From Eledone cirrhosa (taxonomy: Eukaryota): a stretch of DNA of 64,000 nt. Below are positions 26,090 through 38,774 of the stretch, one piece after another. Numbering within the stretch: the stretch's first letter is position 1; every line of letters begins with the position of its first letter. A model generated the notes under the pieces. It did no database searches. It was not told where the DNA came from and saw only the letters and a program-made list of their open reading frames with translations. The translations under genes were made by a program, and so were the position numbers. The stretch spans positions 60,822,001 through 60,886,000 of the forward strand of contig OZ024740.1 in NCBI GenBank assembly GCA_964016885.1. The letters are read 5' to 3'.

Positions 26090-28050
26090 TACGTGCAAAC
26101 ACCAAAATTAATTGGACTATTTGTTTTTAAAAAATCTTTTTTAGACCATATATTCAAGAATACTCTGTTTGTTAGGGTGTTACTTCGATCTTACCCACAG
26201 GAAACTCCAAAAGTCATCCACACCTAGGTACATTAACACTCAACCTTTGAAAACCCGTGACAAACAAATTGAGTTCTGCAACAAACTGAATAGAGCTCTT
26301 GACTGTTGAGATCATTGAGGACATTGAATCATTTTGAAAGGCTCTCAGGGATGCTCACCTGCTGTATCTTTAGAAGTTCTCGGACTACTTGTTTAGAAGC
26401 ACCAGGATTGGTTTGAATATAACGTCATAGTCCAGCTGTTAATCCAACAAATGCAAAGCTTCTATAAAGCGTGGATAAATAACGATTTATAGTATAGGCA
26501 CAAGGCCAGTAATTTTTTTGGAGGGGAGTCAATCAAATTGACCCCAATACATTACTGGTGTTTTATTTTATCGACCTCGTAAGGATGAAAGGCAAAGTTA
26601 ACCTCGGCGGGATTTGAACTCAGACCGTAAAGGGCCGTAACTCTGTGCTGCAAAGCATGGTGTCCAACGCTCTACAAATACTGCCAATCCACCGCCCAGA
26701 AGCGTGGATAAATAATTGTTTCTACTTTTGGCACAAGGCCAGCAATTATCCCAGTGCATTACTGGTACTTTATTTTATCGACCTCGTAAGGATAAAAAGA
26801 AAAGTTAACCTCGGCGAGATTTGAACTCATATCGTAAAGGCGCGTAATTCCATGCTGCAAAGCATGGCGCCCGACCCTCTAACGATACTGCCAATCTAAA
26901 GAACTCATCAATCAAACATCAGGCATACAAAAAGAGCAAAATTCAGATTCAATGAGCTTTCAGGAAAATGATAGAGACTTGGTGGTCTGCAAAGGCAATT
27001 GAACTCCAACAAAATGCAGATAGGAAGGACTCTAAGGCCTTTTATGATGGTCTGAGGAAGATGTATGGTCCTCAAGAGAGTGGTGTCTCGACGGTTCTTT
27101 CATCTTCATCTGATGGGTAGTCAAACATCCTAAAAAGATGGAAAGAGCACTTCGAAAGTATATTGAACTCTACCTGTCATTGATGATGATGCTATAGCGT
27201 CCATTTCCCATCCTGAAAAACCTGAAATGTCTATTAAACTAACACTGCAGTAAAGTACCTGGCAAGGATGCTATTCTGCCAGAGAGTTTTAAGTATCATG
27301 GACAAAAGCTGGTCAGGAAACTGCATGAGCTCTTCAAAACAATTTGGAGAGCCAGCTGTGTTCCTCAGGACTACAAAGATATGTCCACCAAACATCTCTA
27401 CAAGAACAGAGGGAATAGAAGTGTATATGATAACCATCGTGGGATATCACAGGCTGATACTCAATAGGATCATCAAATATATTGTCGATGTTATTTACCC
27501 CGAATCGCAGTTTGGCTTCTTTTCAGGCTGTGGCACCATCAACATGATCGTTTCTTTTTGTCAGGTTGTTGAGTTCTATGAGAAAAATCAGGTGCTGTAT
27601 ATAATGTTTGTAGATCTAACCTTTGACATTTTGACACTGTAAATCGGCAAGCACTCTGGAAAGTTCTAAAGAAGTTTGGTACACCTGACAAGATGCTTAA
27701 CACCAATGTCGCCTTCCATGAGGGAATGAAAGCTGCTGTTTTATCTGATGGGGAATTGTTGGATTCCTTTGACGCGACAAATGGCATAAAACGAAGCTGC
27801 CATGGCTCCAGTTCTTTTTGCACTATTCTTCTAGGTGTTATATTCAAATTTCAAACTAGGGGTAGACTTTTCAACCATTAATGGTTCAAAGCTAAGATGT
27901 ATCTACGAACCAGCATATTTTTCAGTCTCCTTTTTGCATATGATACTGCACTTATAGCAATATCTTTAGCCTAAGAACAGGTAAACCATTTTTCTTTTAC
28001 AAGTAAAACCTTTTGGCTTACCATCAGCATAAAGAAAGCGAGATGCAGAC
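26090..28050 (+). mobile_element. Degenerate RTE-clade LINE (reverse transcriptase region)
   Basis: KRWKEHFESILN, PESQFGF...GTINM, FVDLTFD and LLFAYDTAL. Many stops and frameshifts. Confidence 0.85.
26484..26895 (-). mobile_element. Tandem pair of the dominant SINE inserted in the RTE LINE
   Basis: Same motifs. Direct repeat aagcgtggataaataa flanks the first copy (26468 and 26700). Confidence 0.8.
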
Positions 28051-28355
28051 CCCCAACCTGTCTGGGAAGTCAGTACTAACTCCAGTACTAACTCGGTCTT
28101 TGAAGACCTATCGAATCCTTGATAGCAGGGAAGGCAGATGTTAAATGATGATGATTGAAAATGATAAATGAACAGCAAATAAATTATGGGCTCATTACTT
28201 TACTAAATATAGTAAACCGGGTTGCATTATAAACATTTGGCTATAAAGTAATCAAAATTTAGATTACAGTAATCTGAAAGTACCAAGTGAACTATACGTT
28301 TTATTGAATATCAAATCCATTATGTTTGTGTTCGTTTCTTGTATAAGCAACTTAC

Positions 28356-28385
28356 GCTGAGAAATCTATATCCATTACTACATAG
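28356..28385 (-). CDS. Second exon of the same gene (S-YVVMDIDFS-A, phase 2 to 2)
   Basis: Acceptor ctttgattctcaaacag and strong donor gtaagt. 142-nt intron to exon 1. Open in the phase supplied by exon 1. Confidence 0.6.
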
Positions 28386-28527
28386 CTGTTTGAGAATCAA
28401 AGTGTAAGGAGATTATATATATATCCATTACTACCACTATGACTATATCTTGTAAATTAAGATGAAGATCCAAAATGGAAATATGTGTAACTAGGTTGAA
28501 GTACAGAATAACAGTAAAAATATTTAC

Positions 28528-28583
28528 CTTTTACCGGAGAACGCAATTTGGTAATGTTTAGCTGTTTCAGGTTGTTTTGACAT
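28528..28583 (-). CDS. First coding exon of an unidentified minus-strand host gene (MSKQPETAKHYQIAFSGK, phase 2)
   Basis: agaATG start, 56 nt open, ends AAG|gtaaat donor. The phase fits the next exon without a stop. Lies in non-repetitive sequence. Confidence 0.6.
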
Positions 28584-28718
28584 TCTTTACAATTCAAACC
28601 AAAATATTTTGACAGACTAAGAATGAACGTTTAAATAAAATAAATACAGAAAGAAAACAGACGATTGAAAGAGATTTGTATTTTATAAAGTAAAAAATAT
28701 TGATAATACAATGTATAT

Positions 28719-29078
28719 ACTTACCCTTTGTCGCTGGGTAAGAGGCTGGTGTCTAATCTGGGACGTCACAGTCAGTGACTCTTTTGCTCCCTCCAACATC
28801 ATGGACGCAGCGGTAAATGTGGGGGAGGGGTCACTAATTCCGTTGCTGGACGGAATAAAGTTCGTAAATACCTGGATTTATCCAGCAATTATTTTTTCCA
28901 GCCTGTGACGTTAGAGACGTTTGGTAGAGTTGGACCGCTGACAGCTAAGTTCTTGTCATCACTGGCGGTTAACCTTACTGAGGTGTCAGGTGATGCTCGT
29001 GATGGTGCCTGGCTGTTTCAGCGCCTTAGCCTCGCAATCACCCGTGGCAATGCTGCGAGCTTGCATCAAAGTGTTTAG
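28719..29078 (+). mobile_element. CRE-like retrotransposon 3' fragment
   Basis: LIWDVTVSDSFAPS...KVRKY...FQPVTLETFG...LFQRLSLAITRGNAAS, frameshifted. Confidence 0.8.
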
Positions 29079-29514
29079 CTAAACCTTATGATGTGATGTG
29101 CGGTCGATTGTCGCACGTGACGGTAAATTGATGATCGTTTTTGTTTTTACCCCCCCCCCCCCCCCTTTTTTTTCTTCTCTTTTATGCGTTTATATTTGTG
29201 TTTATCAACGACAGTATATTTGTAAAGTTCTGAACGAATGTGAACAATTTATAATGCTATTTACACATTTAATTTAGCATTTAAAAGCATGAAAAATATA
29301 TATTGCCACGAAAATAGCCATAAAAAACCGCGGAAAATATTTACGATTTTAGTTAGTTAGTAATATTACGAAATTAGTTAGTTTCTGCGGAAAGTTCCGC
29401 GAATAACCGAGACTACACTGTATTGGTACTCATACTAGAAAAATAAAACTATTTAGAATATAAATAATACTGATCAATCAGTCTCTTGAAATGGGGAAAA
29501 TAACATTAAATAAT

Positions 29515-29701
29515 TGTTTCTACGTTAGGCACAAGGCCAGCAATTAGCCAGTGCATTACTGGTACTTTATTTTATCGACCCCGTAAGGATGAAAGGCAAA
29601 GTTAACCTCGGCGGGATTTGAACTCAGAATGGCAAGGGCCGTAACTCTATGCATCAAAGCATGGCATCCAACCCTCTACCGATACTGCCAATTCACCGCC
29701 C
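29515..29701 (-). mobile_element. Full-length dominant SINE with 12-bp TSD
   Basis: TSD acattaaataat at 29503-29514 and 29718-29729. Confidence 0.85.
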
Positions 29702-29947
29702 TTTAATTTGTAGGATTACATTAAATAATGTAATCCTACAAACTTTAAAATGTCAGGTGATAATGACTGGAATTATACGTCTGTTCTATCAAGGATGTTG
29801 TGTGATTAAATGACAACTTTTAAAAAATGAAATGGAGAAAACTAACAAGTTTTATATCACATAGCCAAATCTAAAATATGTTCAATATGTCAGCGTGCAT
29901 TCTGAAAAATGAACTATACATACATACATATGCATGCACATTTATTC

Positions 29948-29991
<44 letters not shown>

Positions 29992-30209
29992 GATAACAAA
30001 ATATCGTTATAGGTAATCCAATTAGAGGTTGTGAATACTTCTTCTTATGGATAGTTTTAGCGTACGGCGTTGCTTGACTCAACAAGAGGTTTACGTAGAT
30101 GACGAGTTTATGATTTCACTTGTATTCCTATGTAAGTTTATCTTGGAGTAATAAAATTGAAAAAAATGGAGAATAACATGGTCAAGGGTACAAAAAAGGG
30201 GTTTATTTG

Positions 30210-30330
30210 CAGTCTAACAATTGTTTCACTGATAGAGTATCCTAAAAATTGCTGTTTTATATCACATAGCTAAAAACAGTGCCACTCAATTTTAAATACG
30301 ATGTTAACTCTACTAGATCATCGGAAACTG
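30210..30330 (-). ncRNA. HHR variant in the PLE 3' region (CCGATGA core, ~90-nt stem II insert)
   Basis: Minus strand: cagttt-CCGATGA-tctagtagagt...actctatcagt-GAAA-c-aatt-g-TT-agactg. Stem I has 6 bp and the stem III loop AATT is palindromic. Confidence 0.65.
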
Positions 30331-32810
30331 TTAAAAAATATATATGTAACCGACAAATTTACAAATTCAAATTACATCATCAATAATAATATTAATAATA
30401 AAGATATAGAGAGAAAAGAAGGAAGAAAGGGAGATAGATACAGTAAAGAAAGAAAGGAAAGGAAGGAGAAAGAAGAAGAAGGAAAAGGAAAAATAAAAAG
30501 AGAAAGAAGAAGTAAAGGAGAAATTATTATAGATAGAAATATAAAGAGAGGAAGATATATAGAAGATGATGGTATATAGATGAGAGACAAACATAAGTAA
30601 GAATAACGTAGGATAGAGAAAAGAAGAGAAAAGAATAGAGGGACAAATAAATGAATAAACGTTAATGTATGAATAAATGTAAATAAAAATAGAAATATAA
30701 AAAAAATATGAAAAAATGGTGAAAATATGATAATGTTAAATATATAATAATGTGTGTATTGGTTATTTTAATAAATAAATAAATTAATTAGTTTTAAGTT
30801 ATATTATATGATAAAATAAAATGACAGAGATGAAATAAATTTAGGGAGAGAAATATTAAGATAAAGGGTGAAAAATAGAGATATATAAAATAAGAATGTA
30901 AATATAAGAGGTTTTGATGTTGTTCTTTGATAGATGATGACAATTATAATTATAATGATGATGATGTTGATAATATGATATAATAGATCCAAGTGGTATA
31001 ATCTGGGTTATGGAATAGATAAGGTGGAATTAAGCTGGTCTAAAGTTCTCAAATTTAGTCGCTGATTTATGTCGACAAAAAATGTTTTTTTTTCAATTTT
31101 ACTGTTAAGAAGAATTTTTTTTGTAATTTAAAATTTGGAAAAGTTCCATATTACAGAGACTACAGTGGGACATACCAATTTGATAGGCCTTTGTTATTGA
31201 TAGCTTTGTCCAGCTGATTTTATATTCCATGTTTGCATCTTTAAGTTGCCAGATTTTATTGGCGAGAGTCGTTGTCTTTGAGAGATTCCTGTTAGTCATA
31301 TAGTGTCTATGTACGTACCACATTTTCTTAAACTCCCCAGTTGTGGAACCAATGTAATGCCATGCTAAGCTACCTGAATCGAAGCTACCTGAATTGAAGT
31401 TACATTTATTATCCATCATAAACATAAAAATTGGCAACAAGCATGTAAATTAAAGGAACAGAATACTAATGCAAAGACCACTAATAACTATAGAAGATGC
31501 AGAAATAGAAATTACTTATGGTTCAATCCAATGTTTAACTCCTCTATAAAAACTAAGCTACTTTACACTTTCTTCAAATTAGTTGACAAACATTTCCCTA
31601 AAATTCATAAATATCATAAAATATTTAATAGAAAAACTATCAGACTATCATACTCCACTGCCAACAACATAGAATCGCACATACATAAATTAACTATAAA
31701 AGAATTTATAATACAAGTGGCTCGCAAATAAGTACCTTAACACCTAATACAAAACAGATGCCTAGAGACAAATATAGTATACCTATGTACTACAAATTCA
31801 TTAGCTTAGCATGGCATTACATTGGTTCCACAGCTGGGGGGTTTAAGAAAATGTGGTGCGTACATAGACACTCTATGACTAACAGGAATCTCTCAAAGAC
31901 AACGACTCTCGCCAATAAAATCTGGCAACTTAAATATGCAAACATGGAATATAAAATCAGCTGGACAAAGCTATCAAATTGGTATGTCCCACTGTAGTCT
32001 ATGTAATATGGAACTTTTCCAAATTTTAAATTACAAAAAAAATTCTTCTTAACAGTAAAATTGAAAAAAACATTTTTTGTCGACATAAATCGCGACTAAA
32101 TTTGAGAACTTTAGACCAGCTTAATTCCATCTTATCTATTCCATAACCCAGATTATACCACTTGGATCTATTATATCACATTATCAACATCATCATCATT
32201 ATAATTATAATTGTCATCATCTATCAAAGAACAACATCAAAACCTCTTATATTTACATTCTTATTTTATATATCTCTATTTTTCACCCTTTATCTTAATA
32301 TTTCTCTCCCTAAATTTATTTCATCTCTGTCATTTTATTTTATCATATAATATAACTTAAAACTAATTAATTTATTTATTAAAATAACCAATACACACAT
32401 AAATATATTTAACATTATCATATTTTCACCATTTTTTAATATTTTTTTTATATTTCTATTTTTATTTACATTTATTCATACATTAACGTTTATTCATCTA
32501 TTTGTCCCTCTATTCTTTTCTCTTCTTTTCTCTATCATACGTTATTCTTACTTGTTTGTCTCTCATCTATATACCATCATCTTCTATATATCTTCCTCTC
32601 TTTATATTTCTATCTATAATAATTTCTCCTTTACTTCTTTCTCTTTTTATTTTTCCTTTTCCTTCTTCTTTCTCCTTCCTTTCCTCTCTTTCTTTACTGT
32701 ATCTATCTCCCTTTCTTCCTCCTTTTCTCTCTATATCTTTATTATTAATATTATTATTGACGATGTAATTTGAATTTGTAAATTTGCCGGTTACATATAT
32801 ATTTTTTTAA

Positions 32811-32919
32811 CAGTTTCCGATGATCTAGTAGAGTTAACATCGTATTTAAAATTGAGTGGCACTGCTTTAGTGTTCAGCAATTTTTAGACAACTCTATCAG
32901 TGAAGCAATTGTTAGACTG
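32811..32919 (+). ncRNA. Second copy of the same HHR variant, with GAAA mutated to GAAG
   Basis: cagttt-CCGATGA...tGAAGcaattgtt-agactg. Confidence 0.5.
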
Positions 32920-32970
32920 CGAATAAATTCCCTTTTTTGTACTGTTGACCATGTTATTCTCCACTTTTTC

Positions 32971-33002
<32 letters not shown>

Positions 33003-33125
33003 GCATGCGCATACATTTATATATATATATATATATATATATGCATTCATATATATATATATATATATATGCATACGCATTCATTCATTCATATATATAT
33101 TATATGCATACGTATTCATTCATTC

Positions 33126-33177
<52 letters not shown>

Positions 33178-33210
33178 GTATTCATTCATTCATATATATA
33201 TATATGCATT

Positions 33211-33248
<38 letters not shown>

Positions 33249-33264
33249 TAGATAGATAGATAGA

Positions 33265-33805
33265 TAATCTGAGTTTTTCGAATATTAATAATAACATTCG
33301 ATTCGTTTGCAATTATGCAAACAAGCCTCATTTTTAAAGCCATTTCAGTAGAATGAACCCTTCATTCTTGCTCTTGTGTTGGCATCTAAACAGAACTGCA
33401 GACACTAATGTTTTTTTTTTATTATGAATGTGGCAATGCCGGCCATTTATCGCTCGTATACAGGAAACTGACTGGCCAGTCTGCTGATATGCAAATCTGG
33501 GTAATCAGTGGATCTACTAATATGTAGATCTGACTGATCAGCCAGTCATATGCAAATCAGGCCGATCAATCACTGTATATTTTTGAAAATAGCATATATT
33601 TTTACTAGCTCTGACAGTTGGTAGGTGAGCAGTGAGCTGTACTGATGAAGGGTGATACCCAGAAACTTTGCAGTTCTGTTTACATGCCAACACAAGAGCA
33701 AGAATGAAGGGTTCATTCTACTGACATGGTTTTAAAAATGAGGGTTGTTTGCATAATTGCAAACGATTCGAATGTTATTATTAATATTCGAAAAAACTCA
33801 GATTA
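33265..33805. repeat. ~136-bp inverted repeat (33265-33400 / 33669-33805); probable PLE pLTR fold-back
   Basis: Near-identical reverse-complement arms bounded by (GATA)n/(GA)n/(TA)n on the left and (TA)n at 33842 on the right. Confidence 0.9.
33634..33676 (+). ncRNA. Degenerate HHR (stem III mostly deleted)
   Basis: gagctgta-CTGATGA-a-gggt-gat-accc-a-GAAA-ctt-tgcagttc. Stem I has 8 bp and stem II 4 bp. Confidence 0.55.
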
Positions 33806-33838
33806 CATTTATTGTATTCAGCCATGTAGAGCGAAAAT

Positions 33839-33877
<39 letters not shown>

Positions 33878-35522
33878 TGTACATTCATTCATTCACACAC
33901 ACACACACACACATACATATATATATATAGAGAGAGAGATATATCATAAATTCAAAGGAATAAAAAATGTAATTATATGGTGATGAAGATAACATTGTCA
34001 ATTTATTGCGCCAGACACCATGCTTTTCAGCATAGTTATGGCCCTTTACGTTCTGAGTTCAAATCCGACCGAGGTTAACTTTGCCTTTCATCCTTACTTG
34101 GTTGATAAAATGAAGTACCAGTAGTAATGCACTAGGGGTAATTGCTGGCCTTGTGCCAAAAAGTAGAAACAATTATTTTAAATTCGAGCATGTTTCAATT
34201 TTTAAAGCACGTGGTGCGATAAGTCCATGAAACGAAAAAAAAAACGTTAATTGGTGCCCGAATCGTCAATTCATTTATAAATTTGAACGGAAGTTAACTG
34301 CTGTTTGTAATTATTTGTATATATACTTAAAACATATTTGTAATGTTATTTATACAACTGTGAATAAAATCTCTCTAGAATAAAATAAGAGTGTTTTATC
34401 TGCATCAGTTTAATAAATTACGTGCTACAGATAGAAAATTCATTATTTGATCATTAACGGCATAATTCACTTACAATGTTCTTTGGTCGTTTATTGACTA
34501 CATTGTGATAACTACTATTAAATATGGTCGGTGACTTGACTGAGTCGGAAGAACGTCAGATAGAATGTTTTGAAGTATTTGTTACAGATCTCAGCATTCT
34601 CTCGGTTTAAATCCCGCCGGTGTCAACTTTGCCTTTCATCTATTCGAGGTTGACGAAGAAAAAAAAGTAACAGACCAACACTTCATTTATATGTCTTTCT
34701 CACGTCCTCGCTCTCTCCCATTTTGTCTGTGTTCAGTCCTGGAGACGAGCTGGTTTCACGAGGTTTAATTTAAACAAAATACACTGTATCATCTATATCA
34801 CGATAGTGCCCATTATTTCATTTTGTAGAGCAACATTTTGTTAATGTTTGCCTCTTTTTTTGTTTCTTTAAACTCTCTACATACTCCATGCGGTGTATTA
34901 ACAGTTAGTATAATCACAGTTTAGTGCCCTCACCCCACCCACTTTTGGTTCCTTATAACTTTCTTAATAATGCTATTTTAAAAATAAAATTGTGCTGAAA
35001 TCTGTTTTCGAATGCGTAGATTACGATTATGTTGATGGAATAAAAAAATATTATTTTAAAATCCTTTTATCACTGCATATTTCCGTTCGTTAATGCTCTC
35101 ATGTATCAATACTTCTAACCTGTATTTGCAATAGGTTAAATCAAGCCTTCCAATTTCCAGTTGATAATGAATAATATCAATCAGGATAATGCTATAGATT
35201 TTACACTGGAACATAATGTGATTTCTACAACTATGAATTGCAAAAAAAAAAAAATAATAATAATTATAATAATAATTGTTTGTACTTTTGGCACAAGGCA
35301 AGGCCAGCAATTACTCAGCGCATTACTGGTACTTTATTTTATCAACCCCATTAGGATGAGAGAAAGTTAATCTCGACGGGATTTGAACTCAGACCGTAAA
35401 GGGACGTAACTATGCTGGAAAGCATGGTGTCCGACCCTCTAGCGATACTGCCAATTCATCTACATAATAATTGTTTCTACTTTTGGCACAAGGCCAGCAT
35501 TTATCCCAGTGCATTACTGACA

Positions 35523-38520
35523 TAATAATGATTTCATTTATTGGCTACAAGGGCCGACATATAGGGGACAATACAAAGACACGGACAATGGAGGTTTACA
35601 ATAAGATTGAGTAAGAATTAACAATGAAAAAAATATAAAAATAAAATATGTATAAAAATAAAATAAATTCCCCAATGAGGTGAACCACCCAGGGGCGACT
35701 TAGGTAACCCACCAATCCTGAAATACCCGACGCTTCGAGTGCACTGGGTAGGGAACCTCTCTCCTCCTCAAATTAACCAGCCTACAGGCGCATGATCAGA
35801 TTAGGCTCACTCACACGGGCCATTCTCGTCACATTCACCCACCTTTTAGCAAATGTACTGGGAGAGGGGGGTAACACTTCTCTCTCCACCATCGCCTTCC
35901 GTTCCAAGTGAAACTTGAAAAAGTTGATGAGGGATTGGCCGAAGAGAAAAGTGTGTCTTCAGTCCTTTCAACCTGGACCACCATACAACCTCTTTCGCTA
36001 CCGCCACCAGACAGAGGAAAATTGCCTGCCCTTCCTGGCCAAAAGAAGGTGGCGGGTTGATCTTCACTAGGGAGTCGGCCGATAGCCGGATCCTTTTACA
36101 CGCGACAAAAGCTGTTCGACATAACTCCATATGTCAGTAATGCACGGACACTGGACGAGTGCGTGCAGAACAGTTTCATTGCTCTGTGCGCATCTCGGGC
36201 AGGTCCGTCGGACAGCACTTCCGTGTCTCTAGCGTTTATCTCGAACCGGCATTGCACCCTCGAAGCACTGCCAAGCGAGGGATTTCTGTAAGTTATCGAA
36301 AGTTCTCCGGAACAGACTGGTCAGTTCTACTTCGTCGACACCCAGAGCATCTCCGAGAGCGTCGTCGCACTTGCCCACCACTAATTCTCAATAGAACTCG
36401 GCAGTAGAAGTTCCACTGGCCGCATTGCTCGCCTGGCAACATTCCAGATACCAATCACCCAGTCTCGGTCTCTGCTTGACACCCAGGACTGCAGCTCAGT
36501 CAAAGATTGCGCATCATTAGCCACGACATACCCAGCCCTCCATGTAGAGGGTGTTGGCAGCAGATTGACCTCCTCACTCCTCACCAACGGAACCTGTCCT
36601 CTCCACAAGAAGTTGAAGAGGAGCCGTTCCAATTTGGCGAGGCGCGGACGGGGGAAAGGCACGACAATCAGGCGGCAGTAGATGACGGAGGCGATGTACG
36701 CATTCGCCACCTCCTAGTGACAGCTTGCTCGCAGCCCATTTTGGGGTGAGACTGGCTATCCTGATCGTCACCTCATCCCAATTCTTATCCACCTGGAGGT
36801 CTGATCGAACCAAACCCCGAGCAACTTTACCTGTCCGTCCGTTCAGCGCTCGATGACGCTGTTCGACGGGATGGACTTGCATCTCCAGGTGCCGAGCTGC
36901 AAGCCCACTGACTTTTCCGGGTTAAGTTTCGCTCCCGTCAACCTTTCATATTTCTCCAATAAGGTGCCGACCACCTCGATTTCCGAGGTGTCCGACATCA
37001 TCATGGTGATGTCGGCCGCATAATCCGATACAGCCCTTCCGTGTCCCGGTTCGATCAGGATGTCCTGCAACAGCTCCAGCTTCCACAGTAGTGACTCGAG
37101 AGAAGGGAGGAGGAGAGCACCCTAGACGGACAAATTGGAAGATCTGAAACGGTTCCAAGAGGTGGCCATTAACTTTGACTACCGAGCAGATGCCGCTGTG
37201 CATTACAGCCATCCAACTTCTGAAGACGGGGCCGAAACCTGTTGTTTTGAGGACAGCCTTGAGCTACCGATGGTCGACCCTATCGAATGCTTTCGATTGA
37301 TCTAAATTGATCGGAACACCACCGAAGCCAGGTTTACACCCTACCCTCTCTATGATGTATCGCATGAAGTGGAGGTTGTCATGTATGGACCTGGTCGGAT
37401 TGCACAAGTTTACGCCTCCCCAACCAAATCCTCGATGACAAGCGCCAACCTCTTGGCTAACATTGACCAAAATCTTAAACTCTGTGTTGAATAGAGTTAT
37501 GGGCCTGAAGTTATCTAATGTGTTCCTCTTGTTCTCGTCTTTCCTTATTAGCGTCACTACGCCCCGGCTCACAGAACTGGGAATACTCCCGTTCTGCTGC
37601 CAGTTGCAGTAGAGCGCTTCGAGGAGATCCGAAAACAAGTCTAGCATAAAGCTCATAGGGCAATCATCCAAACCGGGTGACTTGCGCCTCGTGCAGACGA
37701 CTGGGACATCCTGAGTTTCGGCTGAAGTTATTGGCCTTTCGCAGCGCTCAGCGTCGGCCATTGAGAGACGCGGTATGCCGTTTAGGTAGGGACTGAAGTC
37801 CGCCACCGTCTCTGACCCGCCACTCCCTCCGAACAACTGAGCAAAGTGCTGGCGAAAGGCTTCACACATCCGCCTGGAATCGCTCAGCTCGTGTCCGTCT
37901 CGGCCGTCAAAGATCGAATTGTGGTTTTATTACCACGCTGCGCCTATGCCACGCGGGCCCATCAAACAACTTTGATTCCCTCATTTCTCAGAGCACGCAC
38001 CTTAACTCTGACAATGCAACCTTCGTGTTTTGATTTGAAGAAATGGTCTAAAACCATTTTCGCTTCTAACACGCCAGTTTCAAAGCCACTACAAATAGTC
38101 TCGTCTAGCTTAGCTACCAGCTCCTCCTTTTTAAATTTTTTTCTAACGCTACTTCTTTGCTAAACCCTATCGAAATTACTTTAATCTTTCTTCTGAGAGC
38201 CCCCTACTACCTGTTATTCACCCCACCCACCCCCGTCAACTTTTGCTTAACTAAATTGTTGACCCGGTCACTCTAAGCCTTACATGCCGGAAACGACATG
38301 TTCAGCTCCCAGTAACCAAGTCCAAACCTACGCGTCTTATCTAGGTCGACCATACAGATCACAAACTTGTGATCTGAATAGGCGACCGTTTTAAAATGTG
38401 GACAGCCTACGCTATTCCTAACTATTTTCCTAATGAAAATCCCGTCTAAATACGATCTAATGACTCTATGCGGTTCTACAGGTCCGCATTAGCACATTAG
38501 GGAAATTTAGTCGGTACCTG
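35523..38520 (-). mobile_element. 5'-truncated L1/Tx1-clade LINE ORF2
   Basis: SDHK endonuclease end, KSPGLD, FRPITLFNTEFKIL, DQSKAFDRVDH, YAADI, LNPEKS and FNFLWRG. The 3' tail has AATAAA near 35535. Confidence 0.9.
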
Positions 38521-38774
38521 TCAGACAGTTAGAACTGGCTGATCATGTAGTTGATCTCCGGTCGGTAATCACGGAAGCCCAGAAAAGGGTCTCGCCAGTC
38601 TACTATCACGGATGCCCGAGAAAAGAGCTACAATGTTGTCATTTCTTCTGATTAAGCCATTATAAAAATACTTTGAATACGTTATAAAAAAAATTTAGAG
38701 AATTTCGAAATTTCGAAGAAGCAAGTTTTTCTCAAACTTTATTCTTTGTTCAATCAACAGCTACGAAACAGGAA

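Larger units (their letters stand above)
29989..32977. mobile_element. Penelope-like retroelement 3' region (C-terminal GIY-YIG endonuclease) as a head-to-head palindrome: arms 30151-31372 (-) and 31802-32977 (+)
   Basis: WFNPMFNSSIKT...VDKHFP...KIFNRKTIRLSYS, then NIVY...YIGST...TTLANKIWQLK...CSLCNME (frameshifted). ~1.2-kb inverted arms. Both outer ends abut (TA)n. Confidence 0.9.

Noticed and set aside
3745-28583. Naming the minus-strand gene (loose resemblance to SLX4IP or CCDC61 N-termini)
   Set aside because: The similarity is impressionistic only. Diagnostic motifs are absent and the exon chain is uncertain.
30301-33259. Many hydrophobic or charged ORFs in the track
   Set aside because: These are translations of purine/pyrimidine-skewed PLE UTR and (TA)n microsatellites.
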